The notes under the pieces were generated by a model, which saw nothing but the letters and a program-made list of their open reading frames with translations, searched no databases and had not been told where the DNA came from. DNA of 64,000 nucleotides, taken from positions 32,001 to 96,000 of the forward strand of contig JBGTHM010000115.1 of the NCBI GenBank assembly GCA_041746255.1. Direction: 5' to 3'. Origin of the DNA: Fibrobacteria bacterium. GTDB lineage: Bacteria > Fibrobacterota > Fibrobacteria > UBA11236. Positions 17,399 through 26,968 of the stretch are shown one piece after another. The number at the start of each line of letters is the position of its first letter. The stretch's first letter is position 1. Position numbers and translations under genes: made by a program.

Positions 17399-20031
17399 CG
17401 CGACGTTCTCCCACTCCGCTCAAGCCATCTTTCATGCAAGGACGCCGCAGCCGAATCATTCCTTGAGCGCGCGATTTCAGCCATCATGGCATGGGTTTCA
17501 GGCATGCCTTTATTCAGTTTGAGACTTTTTTCCAACCAGGGCCGCGCCGCTCTCGGCTTACCTTTCCATAAAGCCAAGGCGCCCTGCATGGTCAGGTAGC
17601 GGGGTTCGTTTTCAAAGCCTTGGCTTTTCGCAAGCGCATGTGGGAGTTCCTCCATGTTACCGGATTTAAACAGGGTCCAGGCCAAGCGATAATGGCTATG
17701 CGAATGAATACCGGGCTTCATTCCAATTGACCGTCGCAACAAGGGTACGGCCGTTTCCCAATTTCCCATGCGCATGTGCAAACCGGCCAGTGAGTCGACG
17801 AAATCGGACTCATAGGGATCCAGTTCATGCAATACCCGGTAAACGTCCAATTGTAAACTATCCTGAAACCTTCTTTGCGCATAGGTCGCGGGTCCGCTAC
17901 TTTGCGAAGACCAACCCATCAATAAAAACCGGCCTAAAGCGCCGGTCCGGATTTTTCTCTTTACATTCGCCTCCGTATCGGAATCGAGCTGGAGGTCGTG
18001 AAACCACGCGGGAATGCCCGGAGCCTCAAACAGGCTGAGGTAACTCCGGGGATCGCCTTTTTTTTGCATATGGAGATTCCGCAAATAGACCATGCGCGCG
18101 GCGACATATTCACTCGGAAAAAGCGCATAGGCCTGGCGGTAATCTTCAGCCGCTTTAGCGTAATCGCCGTATTGCTGATACCTCAGATCACCCAGCTCAA
18201 CCAGAAAAGCGGAGCGGTTTTCCTCCTCCGAAACAAAAGCGCTATCGCCTAAAATGACTCCGACTCCGCCGATGTCGTGCAAATGGTTTTCCAGTTCCTG
18301 CGCCAGGATGAAGCGGCGCAAACCCGATTCGCCGGCATCCACGCTGCGTTGTGAGGCCCGGCTACTGTTTTCCGTATCCTTCGCCGGAGCGAACAAATCG
18401 TCCCGATCGCCCCAAAGTACGCGAGGCTTGGCCCTTCGGCTGTCGTAATCCAGGTAGTAATAGCCCTTTCGCACGGGGTCATAACCGCAAAGCGCCACCC
18501 AATGGCCATGCCGATAGAGATAGGGTATAAGTCCCTTCCCCAAAGCCTGCCGCAATAGTTCTCCATTCAGAAACGCCGCCGTTGACGGCACTCCTAATTG
18601 TCTGAGCACCGGAGACAGTGCGGGAAGGGTGGAGATGTCGGGCAAGGAAATATGCAGGGTGGTGGAAATGTCCAACAATCGGGTTTTAATACGTAGGTCA
18701 TCTTCTCCCGGATTCAAATAGGCGATTGCGCTTAATAGACCGTACCAATCGGTGTTCAGATAATTTGCCGGCTGTATCGCAGGAACATCGAGCAAAAGAG
18801 CCGTATCCGCCAGATTCCCATGGTTGTGGGCCTGCCAGTTTTCCTGCATGCTCACGGCTTCGAAATGGTGGCGCCCATGGTATTCCCTGCGTCCGCTGCG
18901 GGCCACCCACTTTTCCAATCGCTTTTCCGCCAGATCCACTCTTCCGGATTGGTAAACCCTTTCCAGAAGGTTCTTTTCCCATTCCGGCGCCAGATACGCT
19001 CCGGGGGTGCGTTTCAATTGCAGGCTCAAGGCGGCATCACGAAGACCGTAAGCCCGCTGCTCACCCAGAAGCGTTCCCATTCCCGCAAGATAACGGTTCC
19101 AATGTCCGCTATAAAACATCAGATTCAGGTAAACCAGAAGGATGGGAAGTCCCAGGCTCATGGCGCGACGGAGAAAGACCCCCGTCCCGGGTGCGCGTAC
19201 CAGATAGGCGATCCCCATCAGGGCGCCTGATCCGTAAAAAGCGATTTGCAATCCTTTCCGAAAACTTAACTCCGGAGCGAAGTCGAAAAACAACGGTTCC
19301 CGCGATGCGGCGCCTAAAAATTCCAGCACACCCTGGTCGATTTTTTCCCAGAGAACAATCCACACCAACAGGATGGGAAAGGCCGCATAAAAGAAGAGTA
19401 ATTGACGGAGGCCGAAGCGGAAGTTTTTGGTATGGACCCAAACCGATCCCAAAAGGACGATGGGTGTAGCCCATAAGGACCAGAAAAGCGATTCGGTAAA
19501 AACCGCGCTCGGCAAATGAATGGAAAAGGATTTCATCTCGCCCAGCATGCGCAGCAAACCCCAAAAATAAAACGGAGGGTAAACCGCCAGGGCAATCGAA
19601 AGCAGCGAGTGGCTGAACGGCGCTTTGGGCTTGGCCGTCATTTGGCCGGAAACAGAGGATTGACTCGCGCCCTGCAGAAAACCCTGCGGGTCACGCCTGG
19701 CAAAGTGGATACCGGAAAAGAGGGAAAAGCCAAAATGGAAAAGCAACAACAACAGATTAGGCACGGGTAACAAAAAAAGCGCGGAGCAATAGGCTACCGT
19801 GAAGGCCGTCAGTAAGGCCAGGTTGCGCGCCGCGGGAAAACCCGGATCACGCCGGGCTCGCTTGCCTATCAGCAGGAAACCCGGTACGAAAGGCCCTAAA
19901 AGCAAGCACAGCAAGACAAGAGGAGCCCGCTTGAAAAAAATTGAAAAAGCAACCCGCGCAGAATCCAGTTCGGTTCTCCAGACAAATAAAATCAAAATCG
20001 CCGGCTGCCTTGCCGCCGAACCCGCCGGCAT
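17395..20031 (-). CDS. Multi-pass membrane protein with TPRs and a degenerate C39-like domain (start uncertain)
   Basis: N-terminal TM helices, LLDVPAIQ..., GHWVALCGYD...YLD. No Cys at the nucleophile position. C-terminal TPRs. Confidence 0.6.
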   Translation of the reverse strand: MPAGSAARQPAILILFVWRTELDSARVAFSIFFKRAPLVLLCLLLGPFVPGFLLIGKRARRDPGFPAARNLALLTAFTVAYCSALFLLPVPNLLLLLFHFGFSLFSGIHFARRDPQGFLQGASQSSVSGQMTAKPKAPFSHSLLSIALAVYPPFYFWGLLRMLGEMKSFSIHLPSAVFTESLFWSLWATPIVLLGSVWVHTKNFRFGLRQLLFFYAAFPILLVWIVLWEKIDQGVLEFLGAASREPLFFDFAPELSFRKGLQIAFYGSGALMGIAYLVRAPGTGVFLRRAMSLGLPILLVYLNLMFYSGHWNRYLAGMGTLLGEQRAYGLRDAALSLQLKRTPGAYLAPEWEKNLLERVYQSGRVDLAEKRLEKWVARSGRREYHGRHHFEAVSMQENWQAHNHGNLADTALLLDVPAIQPANYLNTDWYGLLSAIAYLNPGEDDLRIKTRLLDISTTLHISLPDISTLPALSPVLRQLGVPSTAAFLNGELLRQALGKGLIPYLYRHGHWVALCGYDPVRKGYYYLDYDSRRAKPRVLWGDRDDLFAPAKDTENSSRASQRSVDAGESGLRRFILAQELENHLHDIGGVGVILGDSAFVSEEENRSAFLVELGDLRYQQYGDYAKAAEDYRQAYALFPSEYVAARMVYLRNLHMQKKGDPRSYLSLFEAPGIPAWFHDLQLDSDTEANVKRKIRTGALGRFLLMGWSSQSSGPATYAQRRFQDSLQLDVYRVLHELDPYESDFVDSLAGLHMRMGNWETAVPLLRRSIGMKPGIHSHSHYRLAWTLFKSGNMEELPHALAKSQGFENEPRYLTMQGALALWKGKPRAARPWLEKSLKLNKGMPETHAMMAEIARSRNDSAAASLHERWLERSGRTSR

Positions 20032-20149
20032 GGTTGCCGGTATTTCGGATATTGTACTTAATGTACAAAGCGGGTGGGAATGCCGAAGACCTCAACCCCA
20101 CAGGCTTATCAAGGTTGACAACAAAATAAAAATCCAAAAGTAGGCCAGG

Positions 20150-20312
20150 AAATGCGGTGATTGCCAGAATTTCGGGGCGCTCTCCTTTTCAAATCGCGCA
20201 TACCCAAACGATGCTTCCACAGTTCACCTCCTTGTGCGGGATTCAGGCAGCTGAGTCCTGGAATCGAACCCTTCTATCCCATGGGCGTAAGACGCTATTG
20301 GCGGCACAGGGG
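20150..20312 (+). ncRNA. ssrS: Probable 6S RNA
   Basis: Folds by eye into a rod with a central bubble (gtgattgcca/tggcggcac, cgcgcat/atgggcg, cgat..ttcca/tggaatcg). 3' end GGCGGCACAGGGG resembles the 6S 3' motif. TTGACA at 20115-20120. Confidence 0.6.
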
Positions 20313-20411
20313 TAAGCTAATTTTTCGGGGGAGAATGGGGAAGTTTTTTCACCGAGAACGGTAATGCGCCTTCAAGCACGCGCATAAGTCATTGATATCA
20401 AGGATTTTATG

Positions 20412-22286
20412 TCAAATAGCGGCGGTTTTGACGGAAGTGCGTGCCTGCAAGTGAAAAAGCAGTCCGGAAATGTCCGCGGGAGTGACTCCGGCGATACGTT
20501 GGGCCAAACCCACCGTGAGCGGCCTTCGCACCGCCAACTTTTGCCTAGCCTCGGTGGAAAGCGCATGGGCGGCGGCATAATCAAATTCCGCGGGTATCCT
20601 CAATTCCGAAAGTCGCCGGGTTCTTTCGATTTCCCGTAATTGCCGCTCGTAGAAACCACGGTAACTTTCCGACGCCTCTAGATTAAGTAATTCCCCGCGG
20701 TCCAATTCGGTGGTCCACCCGGTGAGCGCAAGCAATTCCCGCATCCCGACATCCGGTCTTTTCAGCAAGGACAAAGCGTCCGTGGGAGCGGACAGAGGGC
20801 TGAATTCCCGGCCCGCGAAGGTCTCGGTAAAAGTTTGCGGTGCAACGCGAAAATCCTTCAACCTGCGCCGCAGCGCCTCGATACGGCTACGCGAAGCTTC
20901 AAAATTGCGCAAGACATCTTCATCCACCAAACCCAGATTCCGGCCTTTTTCAAGTAAACGCTCCTCGGCATTGTCCTGACGCAGATGCAAACGGTATTCC
21001 GCGCGCGAAGTAAACATGCGATAGGGTTCGTCCAGGTCGGTGCTTACCAGGTCATCGCACAAAACCCCGATATAGGATTCACTGCGCGCAAGTAGAAAAG
21101 GCTCCTTGTCGGCCAGCCGTAACGCTGCGTTGATACCGGCCATCAATCCCTGCGCGGCCGCTTCTTCATAACCGGATGTTCCATTGACCTGCCCGGCGAA
21201 GTAAAGCCCGGGCATATCGCGGCACTCCATGGTGGGATGCAATTGCAAGGCATCGACGGAATCGTATTCCACGGCATAGCCGTAGCGGATGACCCGGCAG
21301 GCCTCCAGTCCCGGTACCGTGCGTAAGGCCCGGTCCTGAATCTCGGCAGGCAAGCTGGAGGAAAACCCGTTCACATAAATGCGGTTGTTTCCCAGCCCTT
21401 CCGGTTCGAGAAATAAGTGGTGGGAAGCCTTGTCCGCGAAGCGACCGATTTTATCCTCGATGGAAGGACAGTAACGGGGCCCGATTCCACTAATGGCGCC
21501 GGTAAACATGGGGCTTTCGTCAAACCCCTCGCGTAAAATCGCATGGGTGTTTTCGTTGGTATGCGTTATCCAGCAAATCGCCCGGTTTTTCAGCGGCTGT
21601 TGTGTGCGGAAAGAAAAGGGAAACGGAATTTCATCCCCTTGCTGCTCTTCCACACGGGAATAATCCAGCGAATCGGCCACAAGCCGGGCCGGGGTTCCGG
21701 TTTTGAGGCGGCGCGTTTGCAAGCCTTGTTCCCTCAGGGTTACCGATAAACGTTCCGCCGCCGGCTCCCCTACCCTGCCGCCAGGGATGGGATTGAGACC
21801 CGTATACATAACCGCGCCGAGAAAGGTGCCCGAAGTGATAATGAGCGCCCGGCAGGCGAGCTTGCCGCCATTGCTCAAATCCAAGACGAAGCCGCCATCG
21901 GGCTGTCGCGTGAAATCCAACAGCTCACCCCCGATAAGCGCAAGATCGGGCATGCGGCGCAAATAGGCCTGCATGAAGCGCGCATACTCCTCCATGTCCA
22001 TTTGGGCGCGAGGCCCCCAAACCGCCGGACCTTTGGAGCTATTGAGCATACGGAATTGAATGCCCGCGGAATCCGCCGCCAAACCCATCAAGCCCCCGAG
22101 CGCGTCCAAGTCGCGTACGAGCTGTCCTTTGGCGACACCGCCTATGGCCGGGTTGCACGACATGCGCCCGATGGCCTCGACATCCAGGGTGACCATCGCC
22201 GTGGTGCGTCCCAGTTTCGCGGAAGCCCACGCGGCTTCAATGCCGGCATGGCCGCCGCCGATTACGACAACTTCGAATTTCTGCAT
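20412..22286 (-). CDS. mnmG: tRNA U34 carboxymethylaminomethyl modification enzyme MnmG (GidA)
   Basis: VIGGGHAG, MSCNPAIGG, GPRYCPSIEDK, AGQVNGTSGYEEAAAQG, EPYRMFTSRAEYRL. Confidence 0.97.
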   Translation of the reverse strand: MQKFEVVVIGGGHAGIEAAWASAKLGRTTAMVTLDVEAIGRMSCNPAIGGVAKGQLVRDLDALGGLMGLAADSAGIQFRMLNSSKGPAVWGPRAQMDMEEYARFMQAYLRRMPDLALIGGELLDFTRQPDGGFVLDLSNGGKLACRALIITSGTFLGAVMYTGLNPIPGGRVGEPAAERLSVTLREQGLQTRRLKTGTPARLVADSLDYSRVEEQQGDEIPFPFSFRTQQPLKNRAICWITHTNENTHAILREGFDESPMFTGAISGIGPRYCPSIEDKIGRFADKASHHLFLEPEGLGNNRIYVNGFSSSLPAEIQDRALRTVPGLEACRVIRYGYAVEYDSVDALQLHPTMECRDMPGLYFAGQVNGTSGYEEAAAQGLMAGINAALRLADKEPFLLARSESYIGVLCDDLVSTDLDEPYRMFTSRAEYRLHLRQDNAEERLLEKGRNLGLVDEDVLRNFEASRSRIEALRRRLKDFRVAPQTFTETFAGREFSPLSAPTDALSLLKRPDVGMRELLALTGWTTELDRGELLNLEASESYRGFYERQLREIERTRRLSELRIPAEFDYAAAHALSTEARQKLAVRRPLTVGLAQRIAGVTPADISGLLFHLQARTSVKTAAI

Positions 22287-22372
22287 GAGGGAATAACCTT
22301 GGAAGCCCGGTAAATCGCGAGGCCGGAATAAAACTACTATTCCGGCGGAAACCCTCCAAAAGGAGCCCTGCC

Positions 22373-22870
22373 ATGAGACCGCGATTCTGGTTGATGAAAA
22401 CCGAGCCTGAAGCCTTTTCCATTTGGGATTTGCGCAAAAGACCGCGGAAAACCGAAGGTTGGGACGGAGTAAGGAATTACCAGGCCCGCAACAACCTGCA
22501 GGCGATGCAAAAAGGCGACAAGGCCCTGTTTTACCATTCCAATGCCGCACCTGCGGGGGTAATCGGGATTGTCCGCATTTCCAAACCCGCCTATCCGGAT
22601 GTTTGCGCCCTGAACCCGGAATCCAAGTATTATGATGCCCGGGCCAAACCGGATAAAAACCCCTGGGTGATGGTCGATGTCACCTTTGAAAAGGAATTCT
22701 CGCGGCTGATTCCCTTGGCGGAATTGCGGCAAATCCCCGGACTTGAGAAAATGGAGGTGCTGCGGGTTGGCTCACGCTTGTCGGTACAGCCGGTTACGGC
22801 GGAAGAGTTTTCCCTCATTTCAGGGTATGCGGAGGGAATCCAAGCCGGATCGGCTTTGCAAGGGCGCTAA
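22373..22870 (+). CDS. EVE domain protein
   Basis: WLMKTEP, WDGVRNYQARN, FYHS, SRLSVQPV. Confidence 0.92.
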   Translation: MRPRFWLMKTEPEAFSIWDLRKRPRKTEGWDGVRNYQARNNLQAMQKGDKALFYHSNAAPAGVIGIVRISKPAYPDVCALNPESKYYDARAKPDKNPWVMVDVTFEKEFSRLIPLAELRQIPGLEKMEVLRVGSRLSVQPVTAEEFSLISGYAEGIQAGSALQGR

Positions 22871-22893
22871 AACCCATTTTTGCTCAAAATCCT

Positions 22894-22920
22894 TAAGTTT
22901 GGAGTGTTCCATTCCGATAT
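22894..22920 (+). promoter_or_regulatory. Candidate sigma28 (FliA)-type promoter
   Basis: TAAG-N15-TCCGATAT against consensus TAAA-N15-GCCGATAA, about 50 bp upstream of ORF 22971. Confidence 0.4.
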
Positions 22921-22970
22921 ATAAGTAAGGCCCCGGACGGAAATCACCGTGCCGTGGCTACTTTTTGGGA

Positions 22971-23288
22971 ATGCAAATGGAACAGTTGAATCCAGCCGGA
23001 AATCCCTCTCCCCTTATCGGGAATGTGGAGTCCTTGGATAACGACGTCGCCGCCCGGGATTATCACCTGCAGCAGCGTGATGAGCGCATGCTGGAAGAAT
23101 TACGTGATAGTTTGAACAAAAAGAAAAAAAAGCGCAAAGAAAAAGAAGACGAGAAGGCCGGCGAAAAGGAATCCGAAGAAGAGGCGGGCGAAGACCATTA
23201 CGAGCCTCAGCGCTTGACCCGGAAAATCTGCTGGCAGTATGACCAGCAGGGCCGTAAAATTCCCATGTTCCGCCGCCCCTATATGTAA
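22971..23288 (+). CDS. Small, highly charged hypothetical protein
   Basis: K/E-rich low-complexity centre and a C-terminal 'YDQQG'. Fills the gap between EVE and cmoA. Confidence 0.6.
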   Translation: MQMEQLNPAGNPSPLIGNVESLDNDVAARDYHLQQRDERMLEELRDSLNKKKKKRKEKEDEKAGEKESEEEAGEDHYEPQRLTRKICWQYDQQGRKIPMFRRPYM

Positions 23289-23357
23289 TCCCCCGTCATT
23301 CGGCCCCAGCGCAAGGGGCCATTGGTGTTTCCACCCCGGACTGCTAAATTTACGCCC

Positions 23358-24092
23358 ATGGGCGAATCCTCCCGCGATAACATCTATTCCCTCCCCCTGG
23401 ACAAAATCGAGCCGTTTCGCTTCGACTCACCGGTGGCCGACGTTTTCGACGATATGGCGGCTCGCTCCATTCCCTATTACTCGGCTCTGCACGACGCCGC
23501 TGCCAGCCTCTCCCGCCACTTCCATTCCGGCCAGGCCGCGATTCTCGACCTCGGCTGCTCCACCGGCTCCATGCTGGTGCGCGCCTCGCTGGCCTTGAAC
23601 GATCCCCGGGCGGAATTTATCGGGGTCGACGCCTCCGAGGCCATGGTGCGCAAATGTCGGGAGAAACTTGCGGGTTACCGTCTTCCGGGAACCTTCGCTT
23701 TGGCGCATTCCGATTTGCTGAACTATGCGGCCCCTCCCGCAGAAATCGTCTATCTCCATTTCGTGCTGCAGTTTTTGCGGCCCGAGGATAAACCCGCCGC
23801 CCTTGCCCGCATCGCGCAAACCCTGCTTCCCGAAGGCGCGCTCTTTCTTTCGGAAAAGATCCGGCAGGACGATGCGAAAGCGGAAGCCTGTTTCACCGAG
23901 GAACATTTCGCCTATAAGCGCAGCCACGGATATTCCCGGCTGGAAATCGCGCAGAAGCGGGATGCCCTGGAAGATGTATTGCGCCCCAACACCCTAGCGG
24001 AATTGACGCGCCTCCTGGAACAGGCCGGCTTTTCCCGCATCCAGGTCTATTTTCAATGGCTAAACTTTGTCTCCATTCTGGCAATACGATAA
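23358..24092 (+). CDS. cmoA: Carboxy-S-adenosyl-L-methionine synthase
   Basis: FRFDSPVADVFDDM, DLGCSTG, LQFL, LSEK, GYSRLEIAQKR, FQWLNF. Confidence 0.93.
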   Translation: MGESSRDNIYSLPLDKIEPFRFDSPVADVFDDMAARSIPYYSALHDAAASLSRHFHSGQAAILDLGCSTGSMLVRASLALNDPRAEFIGVDASEAMVRKCREKLAGYRLPGTFALAHSDLLNYAAPPAEIVYLHFVLQFLRPEDKPAALARIAQTLLPEGALFLSEKIRQDDAKAEACFTEEHFAYKRSHGYSRLEIAQKRDALEDVLRPNTLAELTRLLEQAGFSRIQVYFQWLNFVSILAIR

Positions 24093-25080
24093 AACCCCCG
24101 AACTGGATGCGCTGCTCGCCTTGCGCCGCAGCCGCGGCAAAGGATCCGTCGACCGGGAAAATTTACTGGCCGCCCTTAGAGACGGCGACAAGCGCCTGCT
24201 GGCCCGGGATTGCGATACCTTCCGTCGCAATCACGAAGCTCTGCCAAAATGCGAGCCTTCTTCCATGCATATGAACCTTCCCGCCATTACCCTCGGGACT
24301 GCCGCGGACTTCGAAAAATGCGGCGTGGATATCTGCGTTCTGGATAAAAGTATTCGCGACCTTATTCCCTGGCGCAAAGGTCCCTTCAATCTCTTCGGTA
24401 TATACGTGGACGCCGAATGGCGCTCCGACCGCAAGTGGAATCGCCTGGCGCCCTTTCTTCCGGACCTGTCCGGAAAAACCGTCGTCGATATCGGATGCAA
24501 CAACGGATATTATTTGATGAAGCTGGCGGCTCTGGGGCCCAGCGTGGCCCTGGGCATCGACCCGGTATTCCGTTTCCGTTTTCAATTCGAATTGATGCGC
24601 AAATACTGCCCGCTTCCCAACCTGCGCTATTGGCCGCTGGGCATCGAGCATCTGGCGTGGCTTCCCGGTCAGTTCGACCTGGCGCTATGCATGGGCGTAC
24701 TCTATCATCAGCGTTCGCCGCTCGATAGCCTGCGAAACCTGAAACTCTGCCTTGGCGAAAATTCACGGCTTATCCTCGAAACCCTCGTGATACCGGGAGA
24801 CGGGGAAACCTGCCTGTCACCCCAGGCGACTTATGCGAAGATGGGAAACGTGCATTTCATTCCCACGCGCCGCACGTTGCTGGGCTGGATGCGGAAAACC
24901 GGATTCAAGCAGCCGGAAATCATTGATGAAAACCATACCTCCACGGATGAACAACGTCTCACGGAATATTGCCCTCCGCCGGCGCAAACCCTTGCGGATT
25001 TCCTCATGCCCGGCGACCCAACCCGCACGGTAGAGGGCTACCCCGCCCCCCTCCGGGTTATTATTACGGCTCAAACCTAG
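24067..25080 (+). CDS. cmoB: tRNA U34 carboxymethyltransferase
   Basis: PWRKGPF, DAEWRSDRKW, DIGCNNGY, MGVLYH, YAKMGNV, TVEGYPAP. Adjacent to cmoA. Confidence 0.93.
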   Translation: MSPFWQYDKTPELDALLALRRSRGKGSVDRENLLAALRDGDKRLLARDCDTFRRNHEALPKCEPSSMHMNLPAITLGTAADFEKCGVDICVLDKSIRDLIPWRKGPFNLFGIYVDAEWRSDRKWNRLAPFLPDLSGKTVVDIGCNNGYYLMKLAALGPSVALGIDPVFRFRFQFELMRKYCPLPNLRYWPLGIEHLAWLPGQFDLALCMGVLYHQRSPLDSLRNLKLCLGENSRLILETLVIPGDGETCLSPQATYAKMGNVHFIPTRRTLLGWMRKTGFKQPEIIDENHTSTDEQRLTEYCPPPAQTLADFLMPGDPTRTVEGYPAPLRVIITAQT

Positions 25081-25183
25081 GGCTAATTCCTCAAAGCGTT
25101 TGAAAAAACGCCTCCCATCCGCAAACTTCCCGCCAAACTGCTCAAATCCTTCTAATCAAACATAGTGGAAAAAGATTGTCGCC

Positions 25184-25202
25184 GGGCGAAGCCCGCCCCT
25201 AC
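25184..25202 (-). repeat. Single GTAG-family REP-like palindrome
   Basis: Minus strand reads GTAGGGGCGGGCTTCGCCC (GTAG foot plus GC-rich hairpin). Intergenic. Confidence 0.35.
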
Positions 25203-25236
25203 AATGGAAAATGAGAAATAACCAGGTTGGATCATT

Positions 25237-25764
25237 ATGCTAACGAATAAACCGAATAAATTGACCCACCGCAAAGTCTGGTCGCCTGCGGAGCTGGCCC
25301 TGCTGCAACGCCAGGATCCCAAGGCTTTCCTGCTCGCGAAGTCCCATGCCAAATTAACCCGGCCCTCGCAGGCCCCGTCCCTGCTTTTAGCCCATGAGAA
25401 AAAGCTGAAGGTCAAGCGCACCAGTCTAAAACCCTTTTTAATGCCGGTTTTGGGAACCGTAGCCCTGGCCCTGGGAGTTTGGCTATGGCCTACCAATGAA
25501 AATGCCGCTTTGGCCCCGGCTGCCGCAAGCAAGGTGACTCCGCTTTCCGAACCGGCCGTGGAATTGAGCCCCAATCAACAAGCCTTATATTGGACTTACG
25601 CTCTCTACGACTTCGACAGACTCAAAGAGGATTTCCGGGTTCCCGCGCACACGATAGTCGACCATACCCATGCCTCCGCGGCGCTGCAGGCGCTGATGCC
25701 GTCCATCGATCGTCCGACCCGATACATAATCGACCGGTACATACCCCAGGGCAGGAAAATATGA
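25237..25764 (+). CDS. Bitopic membrane protein of unknown family, pilin-cluster accessory (copy 1)
   Basis: Basic N-terminus, one TM, Pro-rich linker, 'LSPNQQALYWTYALYD'. ATGA overlap with the PilV-like gene. Paralog at 28845. Confidence 0.75.
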   Translation: MLTNKPNKLTHRKVWSPAELALLQRQDPKAFLLAKSHAKLTRPSQAPSLLLAHEKKLKVKRTSLKPFLMPVLGTVALALGVWLWPTNENAALAPAAASKVTPLSEPAVELSPNQQALYWTYALYDFDRLKEDFRVPAHTIVDHTHASAALQALMPSIDRPTRYIIDRYIPQGRKI

Positions 25765-26147
25765 TAAGGCCGCAAGCCGGATTTTCCATGTTGGAAGTGT
25801 TGGTCTCCATGGTCATCGTGGGGATATTGGCCTCGTCGCTTTTCTACTTCCTTTCCGCCCAGAACAAAATGGGAATTATGACCACCGATATGACCAACGG
25901 ACTGAATTTCGGCAAGCAGGCCATGGACTCCCTCAAAGTACTGGACTATTCCGAAATAGCCGCCGGATCGGACATCATTCAGGAACGCTATATCCGGAGC
26001 TGGACCATCACCACGGTGAGCGATGACATGGGAGTGCCGATGGGACGTAAGCGCATCGATGTCAACGTTTTCTGGCCGCTCACAGCCGATCACGGAGTTT
26101 CCATGGTAACCCTGTTAAGCGACGATGAGTTCAAGGAGAATCAATGA
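25761..26147 (+). CDS. Type IV minor pilin, PilV-like (copy 1)
   Basis: Class III signal QAG|FSMLEVLVSMVI with E5. Ends 'KRIDVNVFW'. Confidence 0.85.
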   Translation: MIRPQAGFSMLEVLVSMVIVGILASSLFYFLSAQNKMGIMTTDMTNGLNFGKQAMDSLKVLDYSEIAAGSDIIQERYIRSWTITTVSDDMGVPMGRKRIDVNVFWPLTADHGVSMVTLLSDDEFKENQ

Positions 26148-26902
26148 ATACCGGGGGCAAAAGAGCGGATAGGGGTTTCACCCTGGTGGAAATCCTGATC
26201 GGCATGCTGATCAGTTCCGTCGTCCTCACCGGGCTCTACCGAATGTGGCTCAGCAGCAGCGAGCAAAGCGTACAGCTTCGCCAGAAAATCGAAGTGCGCA
26301 ATCAAATCACCCTGGCGAGCAAAAACCTGCAATCGGCCATAACCCTGGCGGGTTTCGGCATGCAGGGTGTAAAGAATATCGAGAAATTCGACGGTGTGGG
26401 AACCGACACCCTGCTGATTTTTTCCAACAAAAGCAGTCATCAAACTGCTTTGGGCGTGAGTTATTGGTCCGGGCAAGATCATTTCAATGTTTCGGATCCC
26501 TCCATTTTTTCCGGCGCGGCCTATATCGCGATAAAAGATGACGCGGGCGGCGAAATCCGTAAAATCACCTGGAAAAATTCCAACAATATCGGCGTGGAAG
26601 AAGCCATCGGCCGTAATTTCGATATGGATAACAGCATCGTCATGCCGATCTTCCTCGACAAATACTATACCGATCAAACCCATCAGAAACTGATGGCGGT
26701 TTCCAATGGCGCGGGCCGCATCATAGGCCACAACCTTACCAATTTCCAGGTGGCTTTCAAGGATAAGGACGGCGTTTCCACTTCGATTGTCAATGATATC
26801 CGTTCCGTCACTTTTTCGTTTACGGGAGTCTTTTCGGCCAAGGAAGGCGCAATCAGCAATATCAACTTCACTACTACGGCCATCCCACGGAATCTGATCT
26901 AA
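26144..26902 (+). CDS. Type IV minor pilin, PilW-like
   Basis: RG|FTLVEILIGM, 'ITLAGF', C-terminal 'TTAIPRNL'. Confidence 0.85.
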   Translation: MNTGGKRADRGFTLVEILIGMLISSVVLTGLYRMWLSSSEQSVQLRQKIEVRNQITLASKNLQSAITLAGFGMQGVKNIEKFDGVGTDTLLIFSNKSSHQTALGVSYWSGQDHFNVSDPSIFSGAAYIAIKDDAGGEIRKITWKNSNNIGVEEAIGRNFDMDNSIVMPIFLDKYYTDQTHQKLMAVSNGAGRIIGHNLTNFQVAFKDKDGVSTSIVNDIRSVTFSFTGVFSAKEGAISNINFTTTAIPRNLI

Positions 26903-26968
26903 CCGGGATAGCGGGAAAAAATTGAAGGGGATTACACGAGTCGAATGAACCCTGTCCGGAGGAAAACC

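Noticed and set aside
20260..20272. GGTTCGATTCC (tRNA T-loop-like) on the minus strand
   Set aside because: No full T-stem, acceptor stem or cloverleaf. The region is better explained by the + strand 6S-like rod.
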